Source: Pseudomonadota bacterium
Lineage (GTDB): Bacteria; Pseudomonadota; Alphaproteobacteria; Rhizobiales; Beijerinckiaceae
Direction of reading: 5' to 3'
Length of the DNA: 64,000 bases
NCBI GenBank assembly: GCA_021777795.1
Contig: JAJYDD010000001.1
Location: 689-64,688, forward strand
Shown: positions 51,001 through 61,300 of the stretch, piece after piece
Numbering within the stretch: the first letter of the stretch is position 1
Layout of the letters: each line of letters begins with the position of its first letter
Translations under genes and position numbers: made by a program
The notes under the pieces: generated by a model
Told to the model about the DNA's origin: nothing
Seen by the model: only the letters and a program-made list of their open reading frames with translations
Database searches by the model: none

Positions 51001-52019
51001 TGGCCGTTCACGAGGAACAGGGTGACGAGGCGCTCCCCTTGGGCATTCGTTCGGATCGTCCCTTGAAGCCGCACCTCGGGCTGGTCGCGATCCGGTGTCG
51101 CGGGCCGTATCGGCCCGTCTTTCAGCGTCAGGGGAATCACCCCGCCGCACGGGATACGCCGCCACACCCTGACCTTGGTTTCCTCTTCCCGGCCAGTCGC
51201 CCGATTCCGACGAGTCTTGACAACATCGTGCTCGTCGCTCGGAACCCGCTCGTAGCGTCCCCATCGGACCTCGGCGGCCAATGCCTCCACACCCGGCGCG
51301 ACGCAAAAGGTGAGTCCCATGCTCGACGGCACGAGCGACTGATTGTTCGTGGTGTCGATTTCGTCGAGGGCGTCGTCCTCCGGCTCCACGCGACCGGAGA
51401 CGCTGGCGAACTCGGCTCCGGGTTCGTGGATGGGCGCTGCGCGCTCATCTTCGATGTCGCGGATTTCGTCCGCGCCGGCCGCCGGCTCCACGGCAACGAT
51501 ATCGGTGTCGTTCGGCCGTCGCGGCGCTAGCTTGCCGACCAGGTAGCGGTCGCGGACGCTCATGTCCTTGATGAGCTCGTGCGGCCCGCCAGCGGGACCG
51601 AGAAGATCATCGCGGACAGCTATTTCGAGCAGGTCGCGCACATAGGCGACGTTCTGGACGAGCGGAACATCGGCGATCGAAATGCCGTCCCGAGCGAAAA
51701 TGCCTGCCAGATCTTCCGGCCGAAGCCGCGCGATCGGGCCAGTCGGCATCGTCAACCCAATTTCCGCCACTGCGCTCGAAGCACGGAACGTGTGCACATG
51801 ATCGAAATAGACCGTCGTGGTGGCGAGATCGCCACGTATACGCAAAACCCGCCCGGCCCGTTTCAGCGTGCCATCGGCTTCGACCGTGATGATCCAATGC
51901 CCTTCATCGACTGCCGGAAAAGCCGACCGCTCGCCGCTCAATCGAACTATGCACGGGCCGAGCCACGTCGGTTCTTTGGCAAGCCAACTCTGCAAGTTTT
52001 GCTCAACGCTCAAAGTCAT
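48039..52019 (-). CDS. drmA: DISARM SF2 helicase DrmA
   Basis: DLLGP, WRPFQLAF, PTGGGKTEAY, DEFH, STAT, SVGVD, QATSRVGR, SMREVE. Confidence 0.92.
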   Translation of the reverse strand: MTLSVEQNLQSWLAKEPTWLGPCIVRLSGERSAFPAVDEGHWIITVEADGTLKRAGRVLRIRGDLATTTVYFDHVHTFRASSAVAEIGLTMPTGPIARLRPEDLAGIFARDGISIADVPLVQNVAYVRDLLEIAVRDDLLGPAGGPHELIKDMSVRDRYLVGKLAPRRPNDTDIVAVEPAAGADEIRDIEDERAAPIHEPGAEFASVSGRVEPEDDALDEIDTTNNQSLVPSSMGLTFCVAPGVEALAAEVRWGRYERVPSDEHDVVKTRRNRATGREEETKVRVWRRIPCGGVIPLTLKDGPIRPATPDRDQPEVRLQGTIRTNAQGERLVTLFLVNGQLEPEDNKDRAWLFQPEISVSASEDAADPSIFRRRPSNEIVVDDPERDRLALIYRDRLEFAVGHGVSVHADTTPGESAKASHLRTEIIPRYEVAVTETPGLDPDDRPAMRRMVDEGWLDMGRLAKMEPQQLLEALSCLVDDYAVWIGEQRTRLKAEITGFDDPGQDVIARCEETLRRLREGMDTLFSDGAALSAFRFANESMALQRVRSLYALKRRRGETADVAQLDIPKNRSWRPFQLAFLLLSVPSLANPAHPDRTKPAEAFADLLWFPTGGGKTEAYLGVAAFAMAMRRLKDDLGGLNASRGLAVIMRYTLRLLTLQQFQRAAALLCAMEVIRLADEKLWGKEPFSLGLWVGNRVTPGRTDDAHQAIEALRNGDRNRSGIASPAQLTSCPWCGSEISAGRDIEVDRIAGRTLIHCSDKLGGCEFSRAGSSGRPHRGLPVKVVDEEIYHRPPTMMIATVDKFAMMAWRPEVRTLFGRINEECERHGLLWPGHDCGTGHRARSAHPAARVKPVRAAVRPPDLIIQDEFHLISGPLGTMVGLYESAVDELSSWLLDDVKVRPKVVASTATVRRAEDQVRNVFMRRISVFPPTGLDVEDNFFSVQRPIDEKPGRRYMGICAPGSSRPAVLIRTYTAFLTAAQALFDRFGPVADPYMTLVGYFNSLRELGGMKRLAEDDVQTRSFRVNMSLVDRPGLSQRRVDDVRELTSRVSSQDIPRYLDQLEIPFNGTLDPTTGEWVENRAPGDPRPIDVVLATNMLSVGVDVNRLGVMVVNGQPKGTAEYIQATSRVGRSPPGLVATVLTWARPRDLSHYETFEHYHATFYQHVEAQSVTPFSPRALDRGLTGAMLSIMRNSYDPFAPNTGAGAMNSPSRPEMTTTIGVVSERTWEVTEDSAKKALTEQELKHRADDWAKEAGVGGRTLVYQKYGAGPTAYPLLETPGVKPWTDWTVPMSMREVEPGVRLVMEDSRSTNDPTWRARVAPADGDDA

Positions 52020-52040
52020 GCGTCGCCCTCGAAAGAATCT

Positions 52041-53036
52041 CTACAGCTCGACGCGAGAGAAGTGTGGATAGATACGGTAGAATTTCTTGAAGACCGCAAT
52101 GGGATCTTCGCCCATGTCGGATTTGGGGAGATCAAAGGCCATCTTCGCCCGAACATCGTCGTTCGACTCCATGGTCAGCCGCTCCAACGTTGAGAGGGCG
52201 GGCAAATCAAGACGATGCGGTGCATCCGGTGTCGAATAGAATTCCCACCCCTTCACGAATGGCTCGATGATGGCGTCACCAGCGGCGCACACCACGAGCG
52301 CCGCCGTCACCATCGCCTGTCCGTCGGCATAATGCGTGCCTAACGCCCAGACGACGCGCCGATCGCGGAAGCTGAGCGTTTCCTTCTCCACCGCGAGCTT
52401 CAACGCGCGGAGAAGGCTCGGGCCGTAGGTCTTGAATACCATATCTCCGACCGTCAGCCCGCTGGGGAAAAGCGCGCCGAGCCGCTCCTTGAAACGAGCG
52501 AGCCGCCATTCCTGGATCGTCGGCTTGGCCGCCCGATCTCCGGACGCCTCGCCATCGACCTCGACTGACAGCTCGCTGGGATCGGGCTTACCAAGAGAGG
52601 CCGGATTCGCGTTGAGCGTCACACGAAGCACGCTGCCGAGCGGAACCGTCCCGATCGTCCGCGCGAAGCGTTCGATCTGCGTGGTGATACCCCTTGGCTC
52701 GGTGTAGTCGAACCACACGATCGCCGGCGACTCGAAATCGTGGCTGTCCAAGTATTCTTCGAGCGTCTTATGGACGCATTCGATCGACGCGACCGGACGA
52801 TTGAAGAGTTGGCGCTTGTGAACTTCCTCCTCGGTCTCCACGCATGTCATCCGTGCGAGGCCGAGCCGGGCATGGACCAATCTGAAGTCTTCGAGAAACG
52901 GGCCGCCGAGACCGACATAGTGGTATTTCTCCAGCGACAACGCCGGAGTCAGCCGCATCAGCAGCGATAGGAACAGTTCCCGGTCGACGGCCTTGTTGGG
53001 CCTCAACCGGTACGGAAGCGAAGATCCGGCGCTCAT
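52041..53036 (-). CDS. Putative SAM-dependent (Rossmann-fold) methyltransferase-like protein
   Basis: PYRLRPNKAVDR; YVGLGGPFLEDF (motif I-like), TCVE (acidic end of strand 2), IVWFDY; no DNA-methyltransferase catalytic motif. Confidence 0.6.
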   Translation of the reverse strand: MSAGSSLPYRLRPNKAVDRELFLSLLMRLTPALSLEKYHYVGLGGPFLEDFRLVHARLGLARMTCVETEEEVHKRQLFNRPVASIECVHKTLEEYLDSHDFESPAIVWFDYTEPRGITTQIERFARTIGTVPLGSVLRVTLNANPASLGKPDPSELSVEVDGEASGDRAAKPTIQEWRLARFKERLGALFPSGLTVGDMVFKTYGPSLLRALKLAVEKETLSFRDRRVVWALGTHYADGQAMVTAALVVCAAGDAIIEPFVKGWEFYSTPDAPHRLDLPALSTLERLTMESNDDVRAKMAFDLPKSDMGEDPIAVFKKFYRIYPHFSRVEL

Positions 53037-53048
53037 GTCTCAGCCGTC

Positions 53049-54455
53049 CTACTTCTTGGCCTTGGCGAGCGTCAGCTCGAAGCACTTTTCGCCTACGATC
53101 CCGGGCTTCTCGTCATCAATGTCGAACAGCATCTTGGAGACGAGGCGGACTTCCTCGACCGGCCGCGAGAACACGATCCTCCTCGCCGATGGTGTTTTTC
53201 CCGGCGGCTCGGGCAGCACCTTCGCCTTTTGCGGATTGAATTCGATCTGACTGTCGCTCTTCTTGACGTCACTACGCAGAGCCACCGCCGCAATGGTCTT
53301 GCCCAAAGACAGCGGTTTTGCATCTTCCCAATAGTTGGACTGATCGGCGCGCGGATGGTTCTTCCACTGATTGGTGTAGGAAATCCAGACCCGCATGCCC
53401 TCCTTCATCTTGACCAACGATTCCAGCCAGACGTTCGACGACGTGTCTAGCGCGCGTTTCGTCGTCGTGACCGGCAGCTTGTCAGCGCGCTTGGAACGGA
53501 ATTCGATGATGCCAGTAATGATGGCGAACTGCGGGTGATACAGCGGAATGCCGTCGCCCCAGCCGGTGAGACGGCTCTTGTCACCGACGATCACGGCGCG
53601 ATCGTTACAGAGAACGGTCCATCCGGCGGTCGCGGATGAGCGGTCACGCTCGAAGCCGGAGTCGTCTTCATCGTCGTTGCCGAGGCTGCGGCCGGTGTTC
53701 AAGCCGACCGTGATCGAAACCAGTACATCGTCGATGGTCTTCTGAAAAACGAACGGCGCCGGCCCGTCGGCGCGCTCCGATACCAGAACTTCGACGAACA
53801 CTGGCTCCACGGGTTTGCCGTTGAGTTCGACCTTCAGGCCCCATTGGAGGAACATCGTGAAATGTTCCGAGATGGCCGTGCGGACCTCGTTCTCGAACGA
53901 CTCGTTGGCGAAGTGCCTGGAAACGCCCTCATACAATTCATGCACACGGATCACCGTACCGGGTTCGGCGAGCTTCTCGCCGGCCTCGGTCGGTTCGTTG
54001 ATGGGCAACGGCTCCCATCCCTTGGCGTCGAGCCAGGCCGAGGTGATCGGTACTTCGAAGGTGTCTTCGTCATAGCGGGTTCGCACCAGCGCCTCGCGCC
54101 CCATCTTGAAGATCGCACGCTTCATGCCGACGCCATACATACCGATGGTCTCCGTCTCGGAGTCACGGTCATCGTCGGGCTCGCGGCCCATCTTGAAGGC
54201 GTAGTTCTTTGCCACCTCCCGCGGGATGCCACCGCAATTGTCTTCGATCGAGAAGTGATCGGCGGCGAGTTTTATCTTCACGAAATGCTGCGCGTAATCG
54301 ACATTGCCGCCGTCGGCGAGCCGGAGCGCGCCATCCAAGCAGTTGTCGAGCAGGTCGAGAATCGCGTCGGCGAGGTTGATGTCGCGCGTCAGCATCGACA
54401 CGAAGAACCGTTTGGTCGGACTGGCCTGCGCCTGATCGGTGGTGGGTTTCGTCAT
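53049..54455 (-). CDS. GHKL (HSP90/MutL/MORC-like) ATPase
   Basis: AILDLLDNCLD, IEDNCGGI, IGMYGVGMK Bergerat motifs; downstream GWTVLCNDR...GIIEF...LPVTTTKR (S5-like). Confidence 0.85.
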   Translation of the reverse strand: MTKPTTDQAQASPTKRFFVSMLTRDINLADAILDLLDNCLDGALRLADGGNVDYAQHFVKIKLAADHFSIEDNCGGIPREVAKNYAFKMGREPDDDRDSETETIGMYGVGMKRAIFKMGREALVRTRYDEDTFEVPITSAWLDAKGWEPLPINEPTEAGEKLAEPGTVIRVHELYEGVSRHFANESFENEVRTAISEHFTMFLQWGLKVELNGKPVEPVFVEVLVSERADGPAPFVFQKTIDDVLVSITVGLNTGRSLGNDDEDDSGFERDRSSATAGWTVLCNDRAVIVGDKSRLTGWGDGIPLYHPQFAIITGIIEFRSKRADKLPVTTTKRALDTSSNVWLESLVKMKEGMRVWISYTNQWKNHPRADQSNYWEDAKPLSLGKTIAAVALRSDVKKSDSQIEFNPQKAKVLPEPPGKTPSARRIVFSRPVEEVRLVSKMLFDIDDEKPGIVGEKCFELTLAKAKK

Positions 54456-54645
54456 CGGCGTGGCCTCATTTTGGAGTTTACGGCGCAGATATTATCGTCG
54501 TCGTTTGGAACGAGTGTGCAGCCAACTGGCGCGATGACGCTGTTCCCGACGGGCGGCGCTTCAGCATAAACGAACCGCCAGAAATAGTTTGTAAGACTCG
54601 AACCATCTATGCGCTGCCCATGCTTATATTCATCATTACTCGAAT

Positions 54646-57600
54646 TCAGCATCGCAATTCGGCTGCCGCTACGCGCTCGCGGAACGCGACCGGGATGCCA
54701 TATTCTGAAAACACGGCATCGTCTAAAGCCTTGATTGCATCTGTAATAGCCACCTCTTGTTCGAGATGATCAAGTACCGTGAGAACCGCTGCTTCGATCG
54801 CCTCGTTCGATGCGGAAAAACCTTTTGGAAGGGGCAAACTCTCAATCATTTTTCCCGAGAAGCTAATTCCGCCGTCAACTCCCAACACGCCGAATGATTC
54901 CTGCACGTAAAATCGCATCAATTTCGAATTGAGTATGCCAAGAAGCGCAAGTAGAGATATCTCAGAATTCTTGGAAATAACGATGATGCTTGATTTTCCC
55001 GCAAGATAAGAGCCTTCGTGATCAAGAAATGCTTCAAATTTCCGCATTCCTGACAGAAGGAGCTTTGGCTGACACGCTTGATGGTATCGGCGAGGAAAAG
55101 AATTTTTCAGTTCGTCCTTCCGCACGATTGGCATTCGATACAAAGACTTAAGATACCGAATCTCTCCTTGATCCCAGAGGGTTACGAACGGATCAATTGT
55201 CCCGGTATTGACAAATCTAAAATAATCCTTCTCGTTCGAAGAATAGCTATGAATCAGAGGTTTAAGACTGTAGGCCTCAGAGACGGTAAATGGATCATTT
55301 GCGTTTACATAATCCCCAAACCTGCTCGCGCCTTTCGACATTTCTGTTAAAATGTCGATGTTCGACGACAGGAGGAATCCCCAGGAATCATTTTCGACTA
55401 GCCGGGACCTATCAACAATTACGGATTCCTGGTCATGAGCTTTGGGGTAGGCTAAAATACAGACAGGTCCTTGAATGCCTACTCTAAAATTCGAGCACAC
55501 CGCAGCAACGCCAACGCCCGCAAAGGCCCTGCCGCGCGAAAAATCAAGAATTTGCGCGATGGACGAGCCGGTTCTTTCTCGAATTGCTGAGCCGTATGGG
55601 GCACCTAACCACTTGTTCGGGCTCAGGAGAGAGGTTGACCCGAGCGAATTCGTAAGTGCCAATGCCCTTTCAATGAACGCAACAAATAAATCCCAATTCC
55701 CTTTGGTGCATTCGTAGTTCTTTGATAAAAAATCTCTGTCGATCGGGGAATATTTCGTCATTGCCTCCGAATCGACAAAAGGAGGATTCGCAACAAGAGA
55801 ATCGAAACCTTTCCTTTCGGAGAAGAAGACCTCCGGAAATTCTAGCGGCCAGTGGAATGGATTCCGAGGAAAGCCGGAAGTGGTTTCGTGCGCAAGATCC
55901 AAAGCGGATTGCTTCTTCAATAGTATCCAGCTGCCGTCTCCTGGAGATGCCGCCTTATCGGCTGCACTCGCAAGCACTTTCCTTCGGGTAGAGATTGTGC
56001 CTATTTTCGTTTCGGAAATTTCAATCCCAACTAAAGCGTCAGCTATGCTTTTCGGGAACTCAATTTTTTTCCGAGACTCTTGGTCGAGGCCCACCATTGT
56101 TTCCACGTCCTGTATGTCTCTGATCGTGACTGAACGGAGACGCGTTCGGAGGGAAATGGCTTCATCTACCGCGCGCCGGATGCTTTGCCCAAATAGAGGA
56201 AGTTGGCCCTTCCCTTTCGGCGTCAGGTCGAGCTCAATGAGTTGCCGAATGTCGTAGATACCAAGAAGGCTATCGCCGCTCCGCAGGTTGTGATCGAGGA
56301 AGCCGAAGGGCCGTCCCTTGGCGAGCGTGGTCAGCCAGAGCGACAGCTTGGCGAGTTCGACAGCGAGCGGATTTTTATCGACGCCATAGAGGCAGCGTTC
56401 GGCGATCAGGCGGCGCGCGAGGATGGCGCGCTCCTCGGTGTCGCGCGAGAGCGGCTCGAATCCAGCCGTGTCATTGGCGGCGCGGATGCGGCCTTCGTCG
56501 TCGATCTGGCCGCCCGACGTTTCCAAGTCATACCAGGCTTCGACCAGCCGGTCGGCGAGCCAGCGGCAAGCCTGTACGAGAAACGCACCCGACCCCATCG
56601 CTGGATCGCAGACCTTGAGGTCGATGAGTTCTTCAGCGCTCTTGAGTTTCCAATCCTCACGCGCAGCGCCCTCGGCCGGGCCGCGATATACGATCGGCGT
56701 CAGCGTCTCCTCAACGATCTTCTCGGTCAGGCTCTTTGGCGTGTAATGCGTCCCGCTCTCGCGCCGGTCGGCGCCGAGGACGACGACGAAAGCGCCGGCG
56801 TGATGGACCAGAGGATATCCCCATGGATCTGTCCGCAGGAGTTCGGCATAGGGCAAGATGCGGTCTCGCAGGGCCACGTCGCCACGGCAGACGGTGAGCA
56901 GCCGTGCCGCCACGCGCTCGTCCGGTTCCCGGCAGATGGCGTTGCGGATGGCCGGCTCGGAACGCTCGCTACGCTGCTTCAGGAGATCGACGATCCTGGA
57001 GCCGCCGTCGAGGCGCGCGGACTCTATCTCACCAAGCGCGACGCGCGCATTCTTGGCCTTGGCCGATCCTTCGAGTTCGAGCGTCACGTCATCGACGCGC
57101 TGGACCGTGCGTTCGAGGAGGCCCTCATAGACGTGACCGATCTGTTCCACATCGAGCGCGCGATAGGACAGCGTGCGCCCCTCGAAGGTCTGGATCGCCT
57201 CCAACAGGAGTAGGACCGTCCGGTCGTCGATCGGCAGGGGCTCGGCGGGATCGCTCCGCCAGTTCGTGCCTTTCTTGCGGCCTTCGAGGAAGGGGTAGCG
57301 ATCCGGGTCGAAGAGCGAACCGCCCATCGCCGGCAGCCGCAGCAGCGGATGGTCGATGCCGCCATAGACACCACGGAACAGGGCGAGCAGCCGCGACCAT
57401 GCCGAGCGGCGGCGTTCGAGTATCTCCTCGGTGTCGGCGCGCAACTGCATACGCAAGCTGGAGAGCGCATAGAAGGCGTCGTATCGGGGATCGCCGAGAA
57501 GCAGCAGGCCGCGCTCTTCCGCAGCCAGCAGGAAGACGAGCCGCATCATGACCGTGAGGCCAGCTTCGTAGAGTTCCTTCGGATCGACGTCGTGCAACAG

Positions 57601-58380
57601 ATCCCGATTGCGGTCCTGGTCGGCGCGGTCGAGGGACTGGACCAGCACTTCCACCGCGCGACGGACCTGTTCGCCGAGCGCGTCGGTCACGTCGTCCTGG
57701 TGCTTCAGCGACCGCTCGAACAGCGCCGGGAGCCTTTCGGCTTCCGGGCCGAAGAAGCGACGAACGCCGAGCAGGCTGACGAAGGCGCGGAGCGTTTCGG
57801 GCTCCTGGCCCCAGAGGCGAGCATACCAACTGGCGAAGCTCGCGACAGAGCCTGCCGGCGCATGAACGAGCATCCAGCGTTCGCCATTGGTTACGAGACC
57901 GACCGGGCACCCGACGGCGCGAAGCAGCGCCACCATGCGGTCGCCCGGTGTCGTGGCCAGCCCGTCATAATTCCGGGTGGCGTCGAGATCGGTGTCGGGC
58001 TCGTAGAGCTGGACGAGCAACAGCGGGGCGTCGCCCAGGGTCGGATTGACGATCACCAGGTCGGGCGCAATCGTGACGCCGTGCTCGGGCAGCGATACCT
58101 TTAGTCGGTCCGGCAAAGCCGCCGCTCGGCGCAAAACCTGATCGTCAACCTCCAGGGCGCTTTGGAGAACCTCATCGATCCACGCCGAATGGATCGCCGG
58201 CAAATCGGCGTCGTCCGCATCGACGGCATCACGCCACTCGTCATAGGCGGCGCGCAGCCGCTGCGGGCGGCCGGAGGTCAGGGCTTCCAATCCCTGGGGC
58301 AGCACCTCGCGCAGCACCGGCGCCGCGAGGAACGGTCCGGACACCTCGATGAGGTTGAGCCACTCGTGGTTGGTGGTCAT
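54646..58380 (-). CDS. drmMI: DISARM N6-adenine DNA methyltransferase DrmMI
   Basis: GTHYTP, DPAMGSGAF, YGVDKN, NPPF; between drmD and drmA. Confidence 0.9.
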   Translation of the reverse strand: MTTNHEWLNLIEVSGPFLAAPVLREVLPQGLEALTSGRPQRLRAAYDEWRDAVDADDADLPAIHSAWIDEVLQSALEVDDQVLRRAAALPDRLKVSLPEHGVTIAPDLVIVNPTLGDAPLLLVQLYEPDTDLDATRNYDGLATTPGDRMVALLRAVGCPVGLVTNGERWMLVHAPAGSVASFASWYARLWGQEPETLRAFVSLLGVRRFFGPEAERLPALFERSLKHQDDVTDALGEQVRRAVEVLVQSLDRADQDRNRDLLHDVDPKELYEAGLTVMMRLVFLLAAEERGLLLLGDPRYDAFYALSSLRMQLRADTEEILERRRSAWSRLLALFRGVYGGIDHPLLRLPAMGGSLFDPDRYPFLEGRKKGTNWRSDPAEPLPIDDRTVLLLLEAIQTFEGRTLSYRALDVEQIGHVYEGLLERTVQRVDDVTLELEGSAKAKNARVALGEIESARLDGGSRIVDLLKQRSERSEPAIRNAICREPDERVAARLLTVCRGDVALRDRILPYAELLRTDPWGYPLVHHAGAFVVVLGADRRESGTHYTPKSLTEKIVEETLTPIVYRGPAEGAAREDWKLKSAEELIDLKVCDPAMGSGAFLVQACRWLADRLVEAWYDLETSGGQIDDEGRIRAANDTAGFEPLSRDTEERAILARRLIAERCLYGVDKNPLAVELAKLSLWLTTLAKGRPFGFLDHNLRSGDSLLGIYDIRQLIELDLTPKGKGQLPLFGQSIRRAVDEAISLRTRLRSVTIRDIQDVETMVGLDQESRKKIEFPKSIADALVGIEISETKIGTISTRRKVLASAADKAASPGDGSWILLKKQSALDLAHETTSGFPRNPFHWPLEFPEVFFSERKGFDSLVANPPFVDSEAMTKYSPIDRDFLSKNYECTKGNWDLFVAFIERALALTNSLGSTSLLSPNKWLGAPYGSAIRERTGSSIAQILDFSRGRAFAGVGVAAVCSNFRVGIQGPVCILAYPKAHDQESVIVDRSRLVENDSWGFLLSSNIDILTEMSKGASRFGDYVNANDPFTVSEAYSLKPLIHSYSSNEKDYFRFVNTGTIDPFVTLWDQGEIRYLKSLYRMPIVRKDELKNSFPRRYHQACQPKLLLSGMRKFEAFLDHEGSYLAGKSSIIVISKNSEISLLALLGILNSKLMRFYVQESFGVLGVDGGISFSGKMIESLPLPKGFSASNEAIEAAVLTVLDHLEQEVAITDAIKALDDAVFSEYGIPVAFRERVAAAELRC

Positions 58381-61300
58381 CGAGGCTGCCCCATCGTCAA
58401 GGACTCGGGCACGAGCAGGATGACTGCGACGGGAAAGGTGTGATCCCGGACATTGGAATACCTGTTCTCGATGGCGCGCACCTCCTGCTCGCGTTCCAGC
58501 GGAATACGGGCGAGCCGCGCTTCGAGGGCTGCGTGATCGCGCCGGAGTTGGGTGCGCTCGTCCTCGGAGAAGAGCGAGAGCTGTTGGGGCTCACGGTCGG
58601 CTACGAGTTCGGCCCGCAGGGCCTTGTCGAGATCGTCGAGCACTTGCCGGATGTCGTCGCTCTCCCGTTCCTTACGGCTGTCGATCGAATTGGACAGGAA
58701 GCGCAGGCGGTCCGTGGAGCGCGCATCGACCGATCCCAGCACGGACTCACGCTGCTTATCGAAGCGGGTGCGCAGCGCCGCGAAGGTCATGTCGGGCAAG
58801 ACGGCGGGGGCGGAATCCTGGAGCCATCGGCGTACCTCCGTCACGCGGTCTTCGCGGCGGAAGCCGGCGTCACGCAGATAACCGCCGGCCTCGGTGAGTT
58901 CCTCGTGCAGACGGTGATGGCTGCCACCGGTGATGACCAATCGAGAAACCACTATGACGGCGGGGCCTTCGATCTGGCCATCGGGCAAGGACCGGGCGGA
59001 GACGCGGTGGATCTTCTTCACGTCGTCCCGCGCCCAGATTTCGGCGCGCAACAGGCGCAGGCTCATCTGGACGAGGGGATGATTGAGATGCACCAGGACG
59101 ACGTCATCGCGCGCCTTCGCGACGTCATGGTCGAAGGTGATGGGGCGGACCTTCTTCGTGTAGGGATGCTCAAGCCCCTCCAGGCATCGCGTCCATGAAC
59201 CGGACAGCGCCGGCATGGTGAAAACGGTCCCGTCTGGAATGCCAGGCAAAGACGAGGCCCCGAGATCCGGTTTGTCGGAAAGGCGCAGAGCCGCTTTCAC
59301 TGCCCGTTCGACGTGATCGGGCGTGAGATTTTGCTCGCGCTTGGTGTCGGCGAGGCGCTCGTGCAGCTTTGCGACCCGATCCCGGAGGTCGCGCTCGGCT
59401 CTGACGAAGCGCCGCGATTTTTCCATGCGGGCTTCGGCCAAGCGGGTATCCAGGTCACGCCGACGCCCCTCGATCAGGTCCGGGAGTTGCGGGGCGATGA
59501 CCGGGTTGACGCTCCCCATGTCGGCCCGCATGGCGTCGAGCTTCCGAAGCGCCCGCAGGATGTCTTGTCCGTGATCGCCTTCGTCATCGACCGGATGCCA
59601 GATGACCACCTCGCTGGAGCGCTGGCCGTGGCGATCGATGCGCCCGTTTCTCTGCTCCATCACGTTGGGGTTGTAAGGAATTTCCAGATGGATCATCAGG
59701 TGGCAGTGGTTCTGAAGGTCGATGCCTTCGGACGCTGCATCAGTTGCCAATAGGATTCTGACCGGCGATTCCGAAGGGCTGGCCTGGAACGCTGCCTTCA
59801 CGGCTTCGCGTTCGTCGTGATCCATGCCGCCATAGATCAACGCCAGCCGGTCGCCGCCGAAGCCGTGGGACACGAGCGCCTCTTGCATCCACTGCTGCGT
59901 CGTCCGGTATTCGGTGAACAGGATGACCCGCTCATTCGTCCATTCGCCACCCTCCTGGAGGTGCGCGGTCAGCCATTCCAGTATCGCTCGCGCCTTGGAA
60001 TCCGCCCTGCGTGACGCCTGCTGCGCCCAGGAGCGCAGGCGCTCCAGCGTCCGCCGCTCCTGCTCGTTGGGCGGCCGGATGTGTTTGCCGGCTTCGCCCA
60101 GCGCGTCGTCTTCCGCCGCTTCGCGCAATGCGTCGTCGGCATAGTCTTCCTCGGCCTTCGATATGGCGCGGCGAAGGATGCGATCATCCAGCTTGCGCCG
60201 GGTCTGGTCGGACGACGAACGGCCTTCGATCGTCGCGATGTGTTTTTCCAGCGTCGCTGCGAACGCGGCGGGCGACGATGCGAGGCGCTTGCGCAGCAAT
60301 TGGTGGACGAAGCGATCGACGGCGCGTGCGCCGCCTTCGCCATTCTCTCGTGACGAGATGTAATCACCGAGAAGGCGCCGGACCCGCCTCTCATCATCCT
60401 CATACTTGATGGGGAGACCTTCGAGACGCCGCACCGGGTAGAGCCGCTTACCGTTCGCATCCACCAGGTCGCTCTTCAGCCGCCGCACCATGACCCGAGC
60501 GCGCTGGGGCTCGCTCGGCAGGACGTTTCGGGCGAAGCGTTGGTCGTCGAGCAATTCGAGAAGAGCGGTGAACGACTCGGTGTAGCCGTCATGGGGCGTG
60601 GCGGTGAGAAACAGCTTGTGCTGAAAATGCGGCGCGAGCAGGCGCACCAGCCGGGTTCGGAGACTCTCTACCGCGTAGTGTCCGACCGTGGGTGCGATGT
60701 TGTGCGCTTCGTCGATGACCAGGAGATCGAATTTTCGAGGATGGGTGACGGTGGGCGGCAACGCGTCCCGAAACAGGCGCAGCCCTTCACCTTGCTTCAC
60801 CCAATCCATCGACGTGATGAGAAGAGGAAACGAGGTCCAGGGATTCGCGTGCAAGCCACGTTCACGGCGCAGGCGCTTAACGAACTCGGTATCGACGATG
60901 CGGAAGTCGAGGCCGAATTTCTCCTGCATCTCTGTGCGCCACTTTTCCTGAAGGGACGCTGGACAGAGCACCAACACGGTGCGGGCACGATGGCGCAGGA
61001 GCATTTCCTGGATCACCAGGCCGGCCTCGATCGTCTTTCCGAGGCCGACGTCATCCGCGATGAGCAAGCTTGTGCGGGCCATGTCGATGGCGCGCACCAA
61101 TGGATCGAGCTGGAAGTCTTCGATGCTGACGCCGCTGCGAAAGGGAGCCTGGAGATAGGCCCTGTCGGCGTTGGTGGCGGCGCCCCATCGGACGGCATCG
61201 AGGAACGCCTGTAGCGAGGCCGGATCATCCAAGCCGGTGATGCGCGGCAGGCCAGCGCGCTCAATGACATGAGCGCCTGGTTCCAACTCCCAAAGGACTT

